Assembly: GCA_965200315.1 (NCBI GenBank)
Contig: OZ241362.1
Span: forward strand, 4,512,001 to 4,576,000
Length of the DNA: 64,000 bases
Reading direction: 5' to 3'
Source: Candidatus Latescibacterota bacterium
GTDB lineage: Bacteria; Latescibacterota; UBA2968; UBA8231
The notes under the pieces are model-generated. The model made no database searches. It was not told where the DNA came from and saw nothing but the letters and a program-made list of their open reading frames with translations. Made by a program: the position numbers and the translations under genes. Below, piece by piece: positions 19,415 to 28,514 of this stretch; within the stretch, counting starts at the first letter, position 1, and every line of letters starts with the position of its first letter.

Positions 19415-20653
19415 TCAGAACTCGTGGCGGTAGGAGCCGATGTGGAGGAGCAGACCGATGGCGAGGAGGTTGGACAGCAGCGAAGAGCCTCCCGAGCTAA
19501 GAAAGGGCAGTGGCAGGCCGGTGATGGGCATGACGCCAATGGTCATGCCAACGTTGATAAACACGTGAAAGGTCAGCATCGCAGCCAAGCCGAGGGCTGT
19601 TAGGCCGTAAAAGGCATTGTTGGCCATGGAGGCGATGTGCAGCGCCCGATAGATAAGCAGAAAGAACAGGCCCAGCACGATCAGGGCCATGACAAACCCC
19701 CCCTCCTCCGCGATGACCGAGAAGATAAAATCGGTATGAGCCGCCGGCAGGAACTGGTGCTTAGTCTGCGTACCTTCTAGCAGGCCCTTACCCGTCAGCC
19801 CTCCGGAGCCAATGGCGATCTTGGATTGGATGATGTTCCACCCGGATCCAAGTGGATCGCTCTCCGGATTAAAGAAGGTCATAATGCGGGCCTTCTGGTA
19901 TGAATGCAGAAAATTCTCCAAAAAGTACACCGTGAGCAAACATGCCGAGGTGTTGACGATAACCATGGAAATGGTCAGCCAGAGCCGGCGCATAAGATGG
20001 TGAATCAAGAAGGTGCTGCTGATGCCAAAGACAGCGAAGACATAGGGAGTATTCTGTTGCCACAGCGGCTCTAAGGAGCAGAAGACGCTGATGAGCGGAG
20101 AGATGACGAGGAAGATGAAGACCTTGCGCATCCCCGCCCAGTAAAGCATGGGGAAAAACGGCGCGCCAAAAGAAATCGCGGTTCCCAAGTCGGGCTGGCG
20201 CACAATCAAGATGATCGGCACCAATATGAGAATCAAGGCCCCGATAAAGCCACCCAAGGAGTTGACGTGTTCGGTGTTGCGATCACTCAGGTAGCGGGCT
20301 AGTGCTATGATGGTGGCGATCTTGGCCAGTTCTGAAGGCTGCAACATCACCGGCCCCAAGCGTAGCCAGCGAGTAGCGTCGCCCGTGCCCCACATCAACA
20401 CCGCGACTAGGCTTACAATGCTGAACAGGTACAGCATATACGCCACGCTGTAAATGACTTTTTCCGGGATATAGACGACGGCTATGGCCACGGCAAAGGC
20501 CAAAATTGCGAATTGGAGTTGCTTGATCCAAGAGTTCTGCACCGAGATAGAGTCGTTGTGATACGTAGCGCTGTAGATCGCGATGATACCGATCAGTACG
20601 GTGGCCAAAGTCGCAATCAGGAGTGGAACATCGAGTCTGCGAAGCAAGCGCAT
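19415..20653 (-). CDS. rodA: Rod shape-determining protein RodA
   Basis: RWLRLG..LQPSELAK, QPDLGTA, GWNIIQSKIAIGSGG, HTDFIFS, GLPLPFLS.GGSS. Confidence 0.95.
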   Translation of the reverse strand: MRLLRRLDVPLLIATLATVLIGIIAIYSATYHNDSISVQNSWIKQLQFAILAFAVAIAVVYIPEKVIYSVAYMLYLFSIVSLVAVLMWGTGDATRWLRLGPVMLQPSELAKIATIIALARYLSDRNTEHVNSLGGFIGALILILVPIILIVRQPDLGTAISFGAPFFPMLYWAGMRKVFIFLVISPLISVFCSLEPLWQQNTPYVFAVFGISSTFLIHHLMRRLWLTISMVIVNTSACLLTVYFLENFLHSYQKARIMTFFNPESDPLGSGWNIIQSKIAIGSGGLTGKGLLEGTQTKHQFLPAAHTDFIFSVIAEEGGFVMALIVLGLFFLLIYRALHIASMANNAFYGLTALGLAAMLTFHVFINVGMTIGVMPITGLPLPFLSSGGSSLLSNLLAIGLLLHIGSYRHEF

Positions 20654-20656
20654 GAG

Positions 20657-22435
20657 TTAAAGCATCCCCTGATTAGCCAAAAGCGTGTCCGCCGCGGTCA
20701 CTTCTGGCGCAATGATGCCCTCTTGGATGCCAAAGGCTTTGACGACCTCGCGCACAACCGGGCCTACTCGCGCCCCACCGCTGCCACCCCCTTCGACCAC
20801 GGCCGCTATGACAATGGCGGGTTTCTCGTACGGAGCAAAGGCCACCATCCAAGCGTCATCGTCTCGGCTGGGCACTTGCGCAGTACCGGTCTTGGCCGCA
20901 ATCGCGACGCCGTCAACCCGTGATCGGCGGCCGGTACCGGTATCGCTGGCCACCACCCGACGCATGGCCTTTCTCACAATGCTGAGGGTCCGCTGCGAAA
21001 TGCCGTTAATGCGTTGGCGGGGAGGGGGATTGCCACTGACGTATGGCGTGACTAAATAGCCGCCGTTGGCAATAGCGGCCACGTAGCGGGCCATCTGCAT
21101 GGGCGTGACCAATAAGGAACCTTGACCAATGGAGAGGTTGAGCAGGTGGCCGAAGGACCAGCCGCCGCGCTCTTTGAAGTACTGGCGCGGGGGCAGGAGA
21201 CCAGCAGCTTCCCCGGGATAGGCGATCCCGGTCGGCTGGCCGAAGCCTAATTTGGCCCCGTACTTGTGCCACGTTTCAATGCTAATCAACCGAGCTAAAT
21301 GGTAGAAGTAAACATTGCAGGAGACCTCAATCGCCCTTGTCAGGGTCAGGCCACCGTGCCCTGTTCGCTTGTGGCAGCGAAACGTGCTCCTACCCACCCG
21401 CAGTGCACCATAGCAAGGCTTAAACAGGCTCAGTGTATCGGTGACACCCATTTCGAGTGCGGCTATGGCACTGACCATCTTGAACGTCGAGCCCGGTGGA
21501 TAACGCCCTTGCAAGGCGCGGTTGAGTAACACAGTCTCGCTCTGCAACACCCGCCGTCGCTCCTTTTGGGCTTGGAACGACACGAAAATGTTGGGATCAA
21601 AGGTCGGCTTGCTGACCAAAGCGAGCACGGCCCCGGTGCGCGGGTCAAGGGCAACCAGCGCACTAGCAAAGCTATCGGGCAGGGTGCGCTCGGCCGCTAG
21701 CTGCAATTCCAAGTCAAGGGTCAGGTGCAGGGGTTCGCCGGGCACGGGGAGCCGATCGCGCTCTGGAAACTCTCGGCCCGTGCGTCCGATCGCGTCGATC
21801 TCGACGTACATCATGCCGTCGCGGCCGCGCAGGCTGTTTTCGTGCACCTTCTCGATCCCAGTCTTGCCGATAAAATCGCCGAGCACATAGGCGTTCTCGT
21901 TTTTCCCTTGTAGATCCTGGTCGCGGATGATGCCGATATAGCCGAGCAGATGGGCGGCGGCCGTACCGTGGGGATAGTAGCGCTGGGTCTCGATTTCAAT
22001 GTCGAGCAGGGGCCAATCCGCCTTGAGCCGCTCCTCTACGATCGACACCGTGCGAAAGTCAACATCGCGCTTGAGGCGGATGGTGCGGTATTTGCGACTG
22101 TATTCGCCGTCTAGTTCTATATCCCCAATGGCCCTTGTAAACGCTGCGGTGGCTGCCTCAAAGTCCTTGCGCGTGGTGCGTTCTAACGAGACAGTGTAAA
22201 AGGGCCGGGTGCGGGCCAATATGCGTCCATCGCGGTCGTAGATCAGCCCGCGGGGGGCTTTGACGCGCCGCTGAGCAATGCGATTTTCCTCGGACTCGCG
22301 CACGTAGTCGGCCGAGGTGACAACCTGCAAATAGAACAGACGCAGGAGCAAAATCGCGAACAGCAAGACGACGGGCGCGAAGAGGAGTTTGAGGGGCGGG
22401 CGCTCGTCTTGTGGCAGTGGGTGTTGCATAATCAA
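20657..22435 (-). CDS. mrdA: Penicillin-binding protein 2
   Basis: APRGLIYDRDG, PPGSTFK (SxxK), SCN (SxN), KTGTAQ; lies between mreD and rodA. Confidence 0.95.
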   Translation of the reverse strand: MIMQHPLPQDERPPLKLLFAPVVLLFAILLLRLFYLQVVTSADYVRESEENRIAQRRVKAPRGLIYDRDGRILARTRPFYTVSLERTTRKDFEAATAAFTRAIGDIELDGEYSRKYRTIRLKRDVDFRTVSIVEERLKADWPLLDIEIETQRYYPHGTAAAHLLGYIGIIRDQDLQGKNENAYVLGDFIGKTGIEKVHENSLRGRDGMMYVEIDAIGRTGREFPERDRLPVPGEPLHLTLDLELQLAAERTLPDSFASALVALDPRTGAVLALVSKPTFDPNIFVSFQAQKERRRVLQSETVLLNRALQGRYPPGSTFKMVSAIAALEMGVTDTLSLFKPCYGALRVGRSTFRCHKRTGHGGLTLTRAIEVSCNVYFYHLARLISIETWHKYGAKLGFGQPTGIAYPGEAAGLLPPRQYFKERGGWSFGHLLNLSIGQGSLLVTPMQMARYVAAIANGGYLVTPYVSGNPPPRQRINGISQRTLSIVRKAMRRVVASDTGTGRRSRVDGVAIAAKTGTAQVPSRDDDAWMVAFAPYEKPAIVIAAVVEGGGSGGARVGPVVREVVKAFGIQEGIIAPEVTAADTLLANQGML

Positions 22436-22899
22436 GCGGGAAAGAGATAGCGTTTGATGAGCAAGCCGGTCAAGAAAACCGCACTCACCAGACCCGTGTA
22501 CACAGCGCGGCCCAAAATCCTGCCCACCTCAAAGGGCACATCGGCACTGGTGCCCACATAGTAGATCAGATCGTGGAAGATCACAGCACCGAAAATCAGC
22601 GCGGCCTGAACTTGAATGCTGTCGGAGACCATGTGAGTATGGCTGTAGCCAAAGCCCGCGCCGATGAGCGACTTGGCGAGCGCATTGACTCCGAGGTCGG
22701 CGGGAATATAGATGTCTTGGAAGATGCCAAGCCCAAGCCCCATATAGGCCCCGACCACCGGCCCGCTGCGCAGCGCGACGAAACTCAACGCCACAATCAA
22801 TAGATCGGGTTTGACCGACCCTATCTTGATAGAATCAACCCAAGTAGTTTGCAGGATGAAGGCCAGTGCCAACAAGAGAATATGGCGGACCACACTCAT
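22432..22899 (-). CDS. mreD: Rod shape-determining protein MreD
   Basis: KPDLL, GLGIFQD, LGVNALAKS; hydrophobic; upstream of mrdA. Confidence 0.85.
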   Translation of the reverse strand: MSVVRHILLLALAFILQTTWVDSIKIGSVKPDLLIVALSFVALRSGPVVGAYMGLGLGIFQDIYIPADLGVNALAKSLIGAGFGYSHTHMVSDSIQVQAALIFGAVIFHDLIYYVGTSADVPFEVGRILGRAVYTGLVSAVFLTGLLIKRYLFPA

Positions 22900-22900
22900 G

Positions 22901-24793
22901 TCACTTGGGGATTTGCAAGGTCGTGCCCTCCAGCAATATCTCCGAGAGGCCGATGTTGTTCAGGCGGGCAATAGCGCTGGGAGGGTGGCCGAATTTGCGG
23001 GCGATGCTGTGCAGCGTATCACCCTCGACCACGGTGTACATCTGCGTTTGCTCGTGGGGCACTACTAGCTGTTGACCAGGTTTAATCAGTGCCTTCTTGA
23101 GACCGTTCCACGCCTGTAACTCAGGGACGCTAACCGCAAAGCGTCGGGCCAGCCCCCACAGTGTATCGCCCGACTGCACAGTGTAGGTTTTGTCGCCTCT
23201 CAGCACTTTTTGGCGACTAGGCGGCTGCAACACGAGTTCCTGCCCAGGTTGGATCAGCGTAGTTTTGAGGCCATTCCACTTCATCAGGTCGCGCAGGTTC
23301 ACCTCTTGCATAGAGGCTATGGTGCTGAGTGAATCTTTCGGGCGCACAGTATAGGTCTTTTCGCTGCGGTTCGTTTGCTTGGCGTTCTGGACAATCGGAA
23401 CCGAGATCGGGATATAGAGCATTTGCCGCGGCCGGATGACATTGGGGTTTTTGAGGCTATTGGCCGCGATAACGACCCGCGTGGAAACGCCAAAAGTCTG
23501 GGCGATGCCAGAGATCGTGTCGCCGCGTTGCACCTGATACTGATGGATCGCTGCCCCCGGCGAAGCCGGCAGGCTAGCGTACTGGTCGAGCAAGATCTGG
23601 CCTTTGCCCGGCGGCACCTTCAAAACATAAGGCGGGCGGCTCCCCGGCGGCGTGATGTCTTGGCGCAACTCGGGATTGAGGTCGTGCAACACCTGACGTT
23701 TGATGCCCAGCAGTTGGGCTGCTGCTTTCAGATCGACATAAAGCCAGTCTTTGGGCAGGACGACTTCCTCGTACGCAAGGGCTGGCTCTTCGACTTGGGG
23801 CTCAAAACCGAAAATCTGGGGATCCTTGGCTATGACGGTCGCGGCCATAAAAAGCGGCACGTATTTTTTTGTTTCGCGGGGCAGATCGAGCTGCCAGTAG
23901 TCGTTAGTGTTGGCGCGGGCGATGGCCCGGCGGACTCGCCCTGGCCCGGCGTTGTACGCAGCCAACGCTAAGCGCCAGTCACCAAATTCCGCTAAAAGGT
24001 CTTTTAGGTACCGGGTAGCCGCAACGGTCGCCTTGCTCGGGTCGCGCCGCTCGTCAACCCAGTGGGTGCGCTTGAGGCCCATAATGCGACCCGTGGGTGC
24101 CATAAACTGCCACAACCCCACCGCTCGCGACCGCGAATAGGCCCTTGGATTGAGACCGCTTTCGATAACCGCTAGATAGAAAAGGTCGCTGGGCATTCCC
24201 TCGCGCTGGAGAATATCGGTGATCAGTGTGCGATAGCGCCCGGCGCGCTGCAACCAAATGGCAAAGGTCTGGCGACCCTGCGTCTGAAAAAAGTGGAGGC
24301 TGGCAGCGACGCGGCCATTGGCGTCAATGGGCATGTCGCTGCGGCTGCCGAGACGGTGGATGAGGACCAAAGGCTCGGCAGCCGCCGGTAGATGCTCGAT
24401 TTTTTCCTCGACCCCTTCAAGCAAAAGGTTCAAATGGCTGTCAGTGGGCAAGTGCTCCAAGTGCGGCAACAAGTCTAAATATGCCCGCTCAATAGCCAAG
24501 CCAAGTGCTGCGGCCTGCACAGTATCCACGAGCGCGTCGTGCTCGTCGAGGTCGGCGAGAATGCCAAAGGCCGCATCGAGCGACTCTTGCGCCCGTTGAA
24601 TCTGACCGAGAGCGTGGCTTTCGATGGCGGACAGCAAGTGCCAGCGAACAGCGCGTAGGTCGACCACATCTGGCGGTGGATTCTCAACTGGCACGACAGG
24701 GACGGCCTCGTCGTCGAAGACCATCGGTCCGGTGCTTTTGCCATGGGCACAGCCGATAAGCAGCAATGCGATGATACAGCAGCACAAGCGCAT
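22901..24793 (-). CDS. Membrane-bound lytic transglycosylase with four LysM domains (MltD-like lipoprotein)
   Basis: Lipobox LIGC; IESGLNP, AVGLWQFM, DERRDP, LALAAYNAG, ETKKYVP; four Y.V..GD(T/S)L LysM repeats. Confidence 0.92.
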   Translation of the reverse strand: MRLCCCIIALLLIGCAHGKSTGPMVFDDEAVPVVPVENPPPDVVDLRAVRWHLLSAIESHALGQIQRAQESLDAAFGILADLDEHDALVDTVQAAALGLAIERAYLDLLPHLEHLPTDSHLNLLLEGVEEKIEHLPAAAEPLVLIHRLGSRSDMPIDANGRVAASLHFFQTQGRQTFAIWLQRAGRYRTLITDILQREGMPSDLFYLAVIESGLNPRAYSRSRAVGLWQFMAPTGRIMGLKRTHWVDERRDPSKATVAATRYLKDLLAEFGDWRLALAAYNAGPGRVRRAIARANTNDYWQLDLPRETKKYVPLFMAATVIAKDPQIFGFEPQVEEPALAYEEVVLPKDWLYVDLKAAAQLLGIKRQVLHDLNPELRQDITPPGSRPPYVLKVPPGKGQILLDQYASLPASPGAAIHQYQVQRGDTISGIAQTFGVSTRVVIAANSLKNPNVIRPRQMLYIPISVPIVQNAKQTNRSEKTYTVRPKDSLSTIASMQEVNLRDLMKWNGLKTTLIQPGQELVLQPPSRQKVLRGDKTYTVQSGDTLWGLARRFAVSVPELQAWNGLKKALIKPGQQLVVPHEQTQMYTVVEGDTLHSIARKFGHPPSAIARLNNIGLSEILLEGTTLQIPK

Positions 24794-24799
24794 GGCGCG

Positions 24800-25573
24800 T
24801 TACTCCTCCTGAGAGACGAGGATCTGGGAGCGGACCTTGAGGGCATTGGGGTAATGCCTCCCGATTCGTTCGGCCGCGGCTTGGGCTTGCGCCTCAGTGC
24901 GATAGTTGCCGACTTCGATCTTGTAATAAGGCCCCTTAAGGGTCACGTTGATGTCTTCGCGCTTCAGGCGCTTTTTTGCCTCTTCCGCGAGGAGGACGGC
25001 TTTGTCGTGATGGTGAGATAGGAACTGGTCGATCAGCACCCTCCAGCCAGTGATATTCACCAACTCGGGCGCGGCCGCCGGAACGGAGGCGGGCACCGCG
25101 CTCGCTGGAACCTCGACGACATAGGCATCGGCATAGTCCGGGCCAAGTGCGGCGACCTGTTCCTTGAGGGCCGCGGCCGCGGCGCGGGTAGCGTATTGGC
25201 CAGCTTGCAGCACCGAGTGCTCGTTGCGGACCACTAGATAAACCCTCACGCCGAGTGTGCGTTCTAGTTCGGCACGACGCTGGCGGGCCATAGTTTCGTT
25301 GCTCAGAGCTAGTAGCTGGAGGCGATAGACCGAAGTGTGCGCTGACGGGGCGTACTCTTGTACGGGAGCCGCCGGTTCCGCTGGGGTTTGGGTTTGATCG
25401 CGGCTCTCGCGTTGAACCGGCTCAATTAGCAAATCTTCGCCGAGAGTGCGCGGATCGAATTCTTCGCGGCTGACGGGCGCGGCATCGCCCGAATCGCTGC
25501 GCCAGCGCGGTGTGCTCGTGCAGTGGGCCGTGCCGAGCAGGGCCAGCAAGAAGAGGAAGGAGTGCGTTCTCAT
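24800..25573 (-). CDS. SPOR-domain lipoprotein
   Basis: Signal peptide ending in Cys; YRLQLLA...AGQYAT and GWRVLI...YYKIEVGNYRT SPOR-like repeats. Confidence 0.75.
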   Translation of the reverse strand: MRTHSFLFLLALLGTAHCTSTPRWRSDSGDAAPVSREEFDPRTLGEDLLIEPVQRESRDQTQTPAEPAAPVQEYAPSAHTSVYRLQLLALSNETMARQRRAELERTLGVRVYLVVRNEHSVLQAGQYATRAAAAALKEQVAALGPDYADAYVVEVPASAVPASVPAAAPELVNITGWRVLIDQFLSHHHDKAVLLAEEAKKRLKREDINVTLKGPYYKIEVGNYRTEAQAQAAAERIGRHYPNALKVRSQILVSQEE

Positions 25574-26610
25574 GGCTCGACCCAAGCGCGTAGGGTGGGT
25601 TCGTATGGAGCGCGGGCGACGCCCTTTTCCGAAATGATCGCCGACACCAAGTCGCAGGGCGTGACGTCAAAGGCCGGATTGTAAACCGGCACCGCGTCCG
25701 GGGCCGTGGGCTTACCCATGCCTTGGCGGACCTCGGCTGCATCGCGCTTTTCAATGGGAATTTCCGCACCCGAGGCCAAGGCCATGTCGAGGGTCGAAAC
25801 CGGCGCGGCTACGTAGAAAGGCACGCCGTGTTCGCGGGCGAGGACAGCCAGCCCATAGGTGCCGATTTTGTTGGCCACGTCGCCATTTTTGGCGATGCGG
25901 TCAGCACCCACGATACAGCAGTCAATCGCCTCATTGCACAGCACGACCGCAGCCGCATTGTCGCAGATGACTTTGACGTCGATGTCGCTCTGCATGAGCT
26001 CCCACGCGGTCAGTCGCGAACCTTGGAGCAACGGGCGAGTTTCGTCGGCAAATACGGCGACTTTCTTACCTGCCTCTTGGGCTGCATAGACGACGCCCAA
26101 GGCCGTGCCATAGTCGGCCGTGGCCAAGCCGCCGGCGTTGCAGTGGGTGATGACTTGGCTACCGTCGCGCAGGAGTGCTGCGCCGTGAGCACCGATCTGG
26201 CGGCAGATTTGGCGGTCTTCTTCAAAGAGGCGGTGAGCAGCCGTCAGCAGGGCGTCGCAGATGGCGTGGTTGTCGCGGTCCTGATTGGCCGCCAACACCT
26301 CCTGCATCTGATCTAAGGCCCAGAACAGGTTGACCGCAGTAGGCCGGGTGCGGGCGAGGCGATCAATGGCTGCTTCGACGCGGCAACAAAAAGTCTCAGG
26401 AGCGCAATCAACCGCGGCGTGCGCACCCACCACAACGCCGTATGCAGCCGCCAAACCAATGGCCGGTGCGCCGCGCACCACCAGCCCTTCAATGGCGCGG
26501 GCAAGGCCCTCGACGTCGCGGTAGGTTGTGTACACCAGCTCCTCGGGCAAGCGAGTTTGATCGAGCAGGACAAGCGCCTCATCCTGCCATCTAAGCGTTT
26601 GCATCGGCAT
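25570..26610 (-). CDS. mtnA: S-methyl-5-thioribose-1-phosphate isomerase
   Basis: LDQTRLP, VRGAPAIG, RPTAVNL, THCNAG.LAT, ETRPLLQGSRLTAWEL, NKIGTY, NPAFDVTP. Confidence 0.95.
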   Translation of the reverse strand: MPMQTLRWQDEALVLLDQTRLPEELVYTTYRDVEGLARAIEGLVVRGAPAIGLAAAYGVVVGAHAAVDCAPETFCCRVEAAIDRLARTRPTAVNLFWALDQMQEVLAANQDRDNHAICDALLTAAHRLFEEDRQICRQIGAHGAALLRDGSQVITHCNAGGLATADYGTALGVVYAAQEAGKKVAVFADETRPLLQGSRLTAWELMQSDIDVKVICDNAAAVVLCNEAIDCCIVGADRIAKNGDVANKIGTYGLAVLAREHGVPFYVAAPVSTLDMALASGAEIPIEKRDAAEVRQGMGKPTAPDAVPVYNPAFDVTPCDLVSAIISEKGVARAPYEPTLRAWVEP

Positions 26611-27017
26611 TAGAAGGTCGAAAATTCAAAGGGGGTTTCTGAGGCTTTCTCGGGCGCACCCCCATCTGGGAAATCCGTGCGCTCGGCGTCGCCCCACAGC
26701 CTCTCTAGGGCGTAAAAGTCGCGCGCTTCCTCGCGAAAGATGTGGACGACAAAATCGACGTAATCTATCAGCACCCAGCGCCGCGTATCCGCGCCTTCGA
26801 TGTGCCAAGGCTTTTCCCCTACCTCGGCGAGTTGATCCCGCACTTCGTCGGCGAGGCTGCGGATGTGCTGCTCAGAAGTGCCCGTACAGAGCAGGAAGTA
26901 GTCGCAAGTGTCGGTGATGTCGCGCAGGTCCAGCAAGGTTATTGCGAGGGCCTTTCTATTTTGTAAAGTTTCTACGACGCGGGCGATGCGCGGATCTTGG
27001 CACAGTCTCATGGACAT
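26610..27017 (-). CDS. rsfS: Ribosome silencing factor RsfS
   Basis: KA..I..LD, DYFLLCTGTS, WVLIDYVDFVVHIF...R.FY.LERLW. Confidence 0.93.
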   Translation of the reverse strand: MSMRLCQDPRIARVVETLQNRKALAITLLDLRDITDTCDYFLLCTGTSEQHIRSLADEVRDQLAEVGEKPWHIEGADTRRWVLIDYVDFVVHIFREEARDFYALERLWGDAERTDFPDGGAPEKASETPFEFSTF

Positions 27018-27029
27018 TTTCTCGCAAAG

Positions 27030-27497
27030 TTACTTAACTGGGTCGAGCAGACCGATGCGGCGATAGTCGTGCCCGATGACAATCGAGACGCTCGCCAAGC
27101 TGAACTGATCTTCCTTCTTCTGGCGAATAAAATGGGGTATCCCCAACACATTCGCCACTTGTCTGGCTCGCTCGATATCGCCGTCCAAAGCGACCACGAG
27201 CGTGTGCAGATAATTGAAGCTCGGTGCGTTGCCTTCGTGAATCACATCTAGCCCGAGGGCGCGTGCCTTTTTGCGGAGGCGGGCAGCGATTTGGGGTTCA
27301 CCTCTGCCGTTGAGAATTTCGACCCGAATGGGGCTGATCTGGGGAGCGGTTTCCGACTTGGCAACTTCCCGCTGGAGCACTGGCTCGGGGGCAGTAGCAG
27401 AACGCGGCCAAAAGGCCGTCTTGAGGAGAAGGGCTATGGCTACCGTGGCCAGCCCCCATAAAATTAGCTCCTGCAGGTTGGGGTTTCCTCGCTTCAT
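27030..27497 (-). CDS. LytR C-terminal domain protein
   Basis: N-terminal TM; IRVEILNG.G..., GNA..F.Y..T, VSIVIG.DY. Confidence 0.8.
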   Translation of the reverse strand: MKRGNPNLQELILWGLATVAIALLLKTAFWPRSATAPEPVLQREVAKSETAPQISPIRVEILNGRGEPQIAARLRKKARALGLDVIHEGNAPSFNYLHTLVVALDGDIERARQVANVLGIPHFIRQKKEDQFSLASVSIVIGHDYRRIGLLDPVK

Positions 27498-27560
27498 CGC
27501 TCCAACGTTGTCAAATGAATAGAAAACGGCAAGTTACGTCAAGCAAACAAAGGATGAGAC

Positions 27561-28514
27561 ATGGATATTTTGCGCGAAGAAACCTTTGCCCATCGCTTCT
27601 CTACGACTGATTTTCTCGCGGCCTGTCACCAAGCGTTTGAGTGCTACGGCACCGGGGTTATCGACAATCCGCCGCGCACCGAGTCCATCCAAAAGCGCGG
27701 GGCACTCGACTACTTTCGCTTGGACCTGCCGGCCGAATGGCCGGGAAAGTTCCGTGCGCGAAAAATTATCGAAGAATTCTCCGACATAGCAAGTGGGCGG
27801 CTAGCCAAACGGGAGGCGTATATCGCATTTGAAGATCTGCAACAAGGCCGATCTTGGCGGTTAGAGGCCGGACACATCACCGACCAGCGCACCGGCGCGG
27901 CCGGCGCACTGGGTCTGCAATATCTAGCCGGCGAGTCCGTTGAGCGAGTCGCCATTTTAGGGACCGGCCGGATTGCGCGAACCTTAGCTCTGTCCTGCGA
28001 CGCGCTCTTTGATTTGGCGGAAATTGCCTGCACGAGCCGCCGGCCTGCGAACCGGGCGGCGTTTGCCGAAGCGGTTGAGCCAGACCTGCGTACGCGTCTG
28101 CGGTTAGCAACGTCGCTAGAAGCGTGTATCGCCGGTGCCGACGCCGTGCTGACAGCGGTGCCGACGCCGCGGCCCATTTTGACAGTGCCGGCACTGGCCG
28201 AGGTGCCCTACCTCGCCGTCATCGCCGGGGACAGTCGCACGCGCCAGCTCGCGCCAGAAGTGCTCTACGAGCGCACAGTGGTTGTCGATGTCCTCGCCCA
28301 AGCCGAGAAGTCCGGGGAGTTTCGCTTTGCGGCCGAGCAGGGCCAAGCCGAGCAGATAGACTTGGCGCGCAATGCCGAGGGCAAGGTCTTGGACATCGGC
28401 GATGCCGCCTGCGGGCGGCTTGGCACGTCAGGGCCGAGCGCGGTCTATCTGACGGGGATGGGGGCACAGGACTTGTGCGCGGCGGCCATGGTGTACCGCC
28501 GCCTGCTCACTTGA
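27561..28514 (+). CDS. Ornithine cyclodeaminase/mu-crystallin family protein
   Basis: ITDQRTGAAGALG, AILGTGRIA, TGMGAQDLCAA. Confidence 0.8.
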   Translation: MDILREETFAHRFSTTDFLAACHQAFECYGTGVIDNPPRTESIQKRGALDYFRLDLPAEWPGKFRARKIIEEFSDIASGRLAKREAYIAFEDLQQGRSWRLEAGHITDQRTGAAGALGLQYLAGESVERVAILGTGRIARTLALSCDALFDLAEIACTSRRPANRAAFAEAVEPDLRTRLRLATSLEACIAGADAVLTAVPTPRPILTVPALAEVPYLAVIAGDSRTRQLAPEVLYERTVVVDVLAQAEKSGEFRFAAEQGQAEQIDLARNAEGKVLDIGDAACGRLGTSGPSAVYLTGMGAQDLCAAAMVYRRLLT

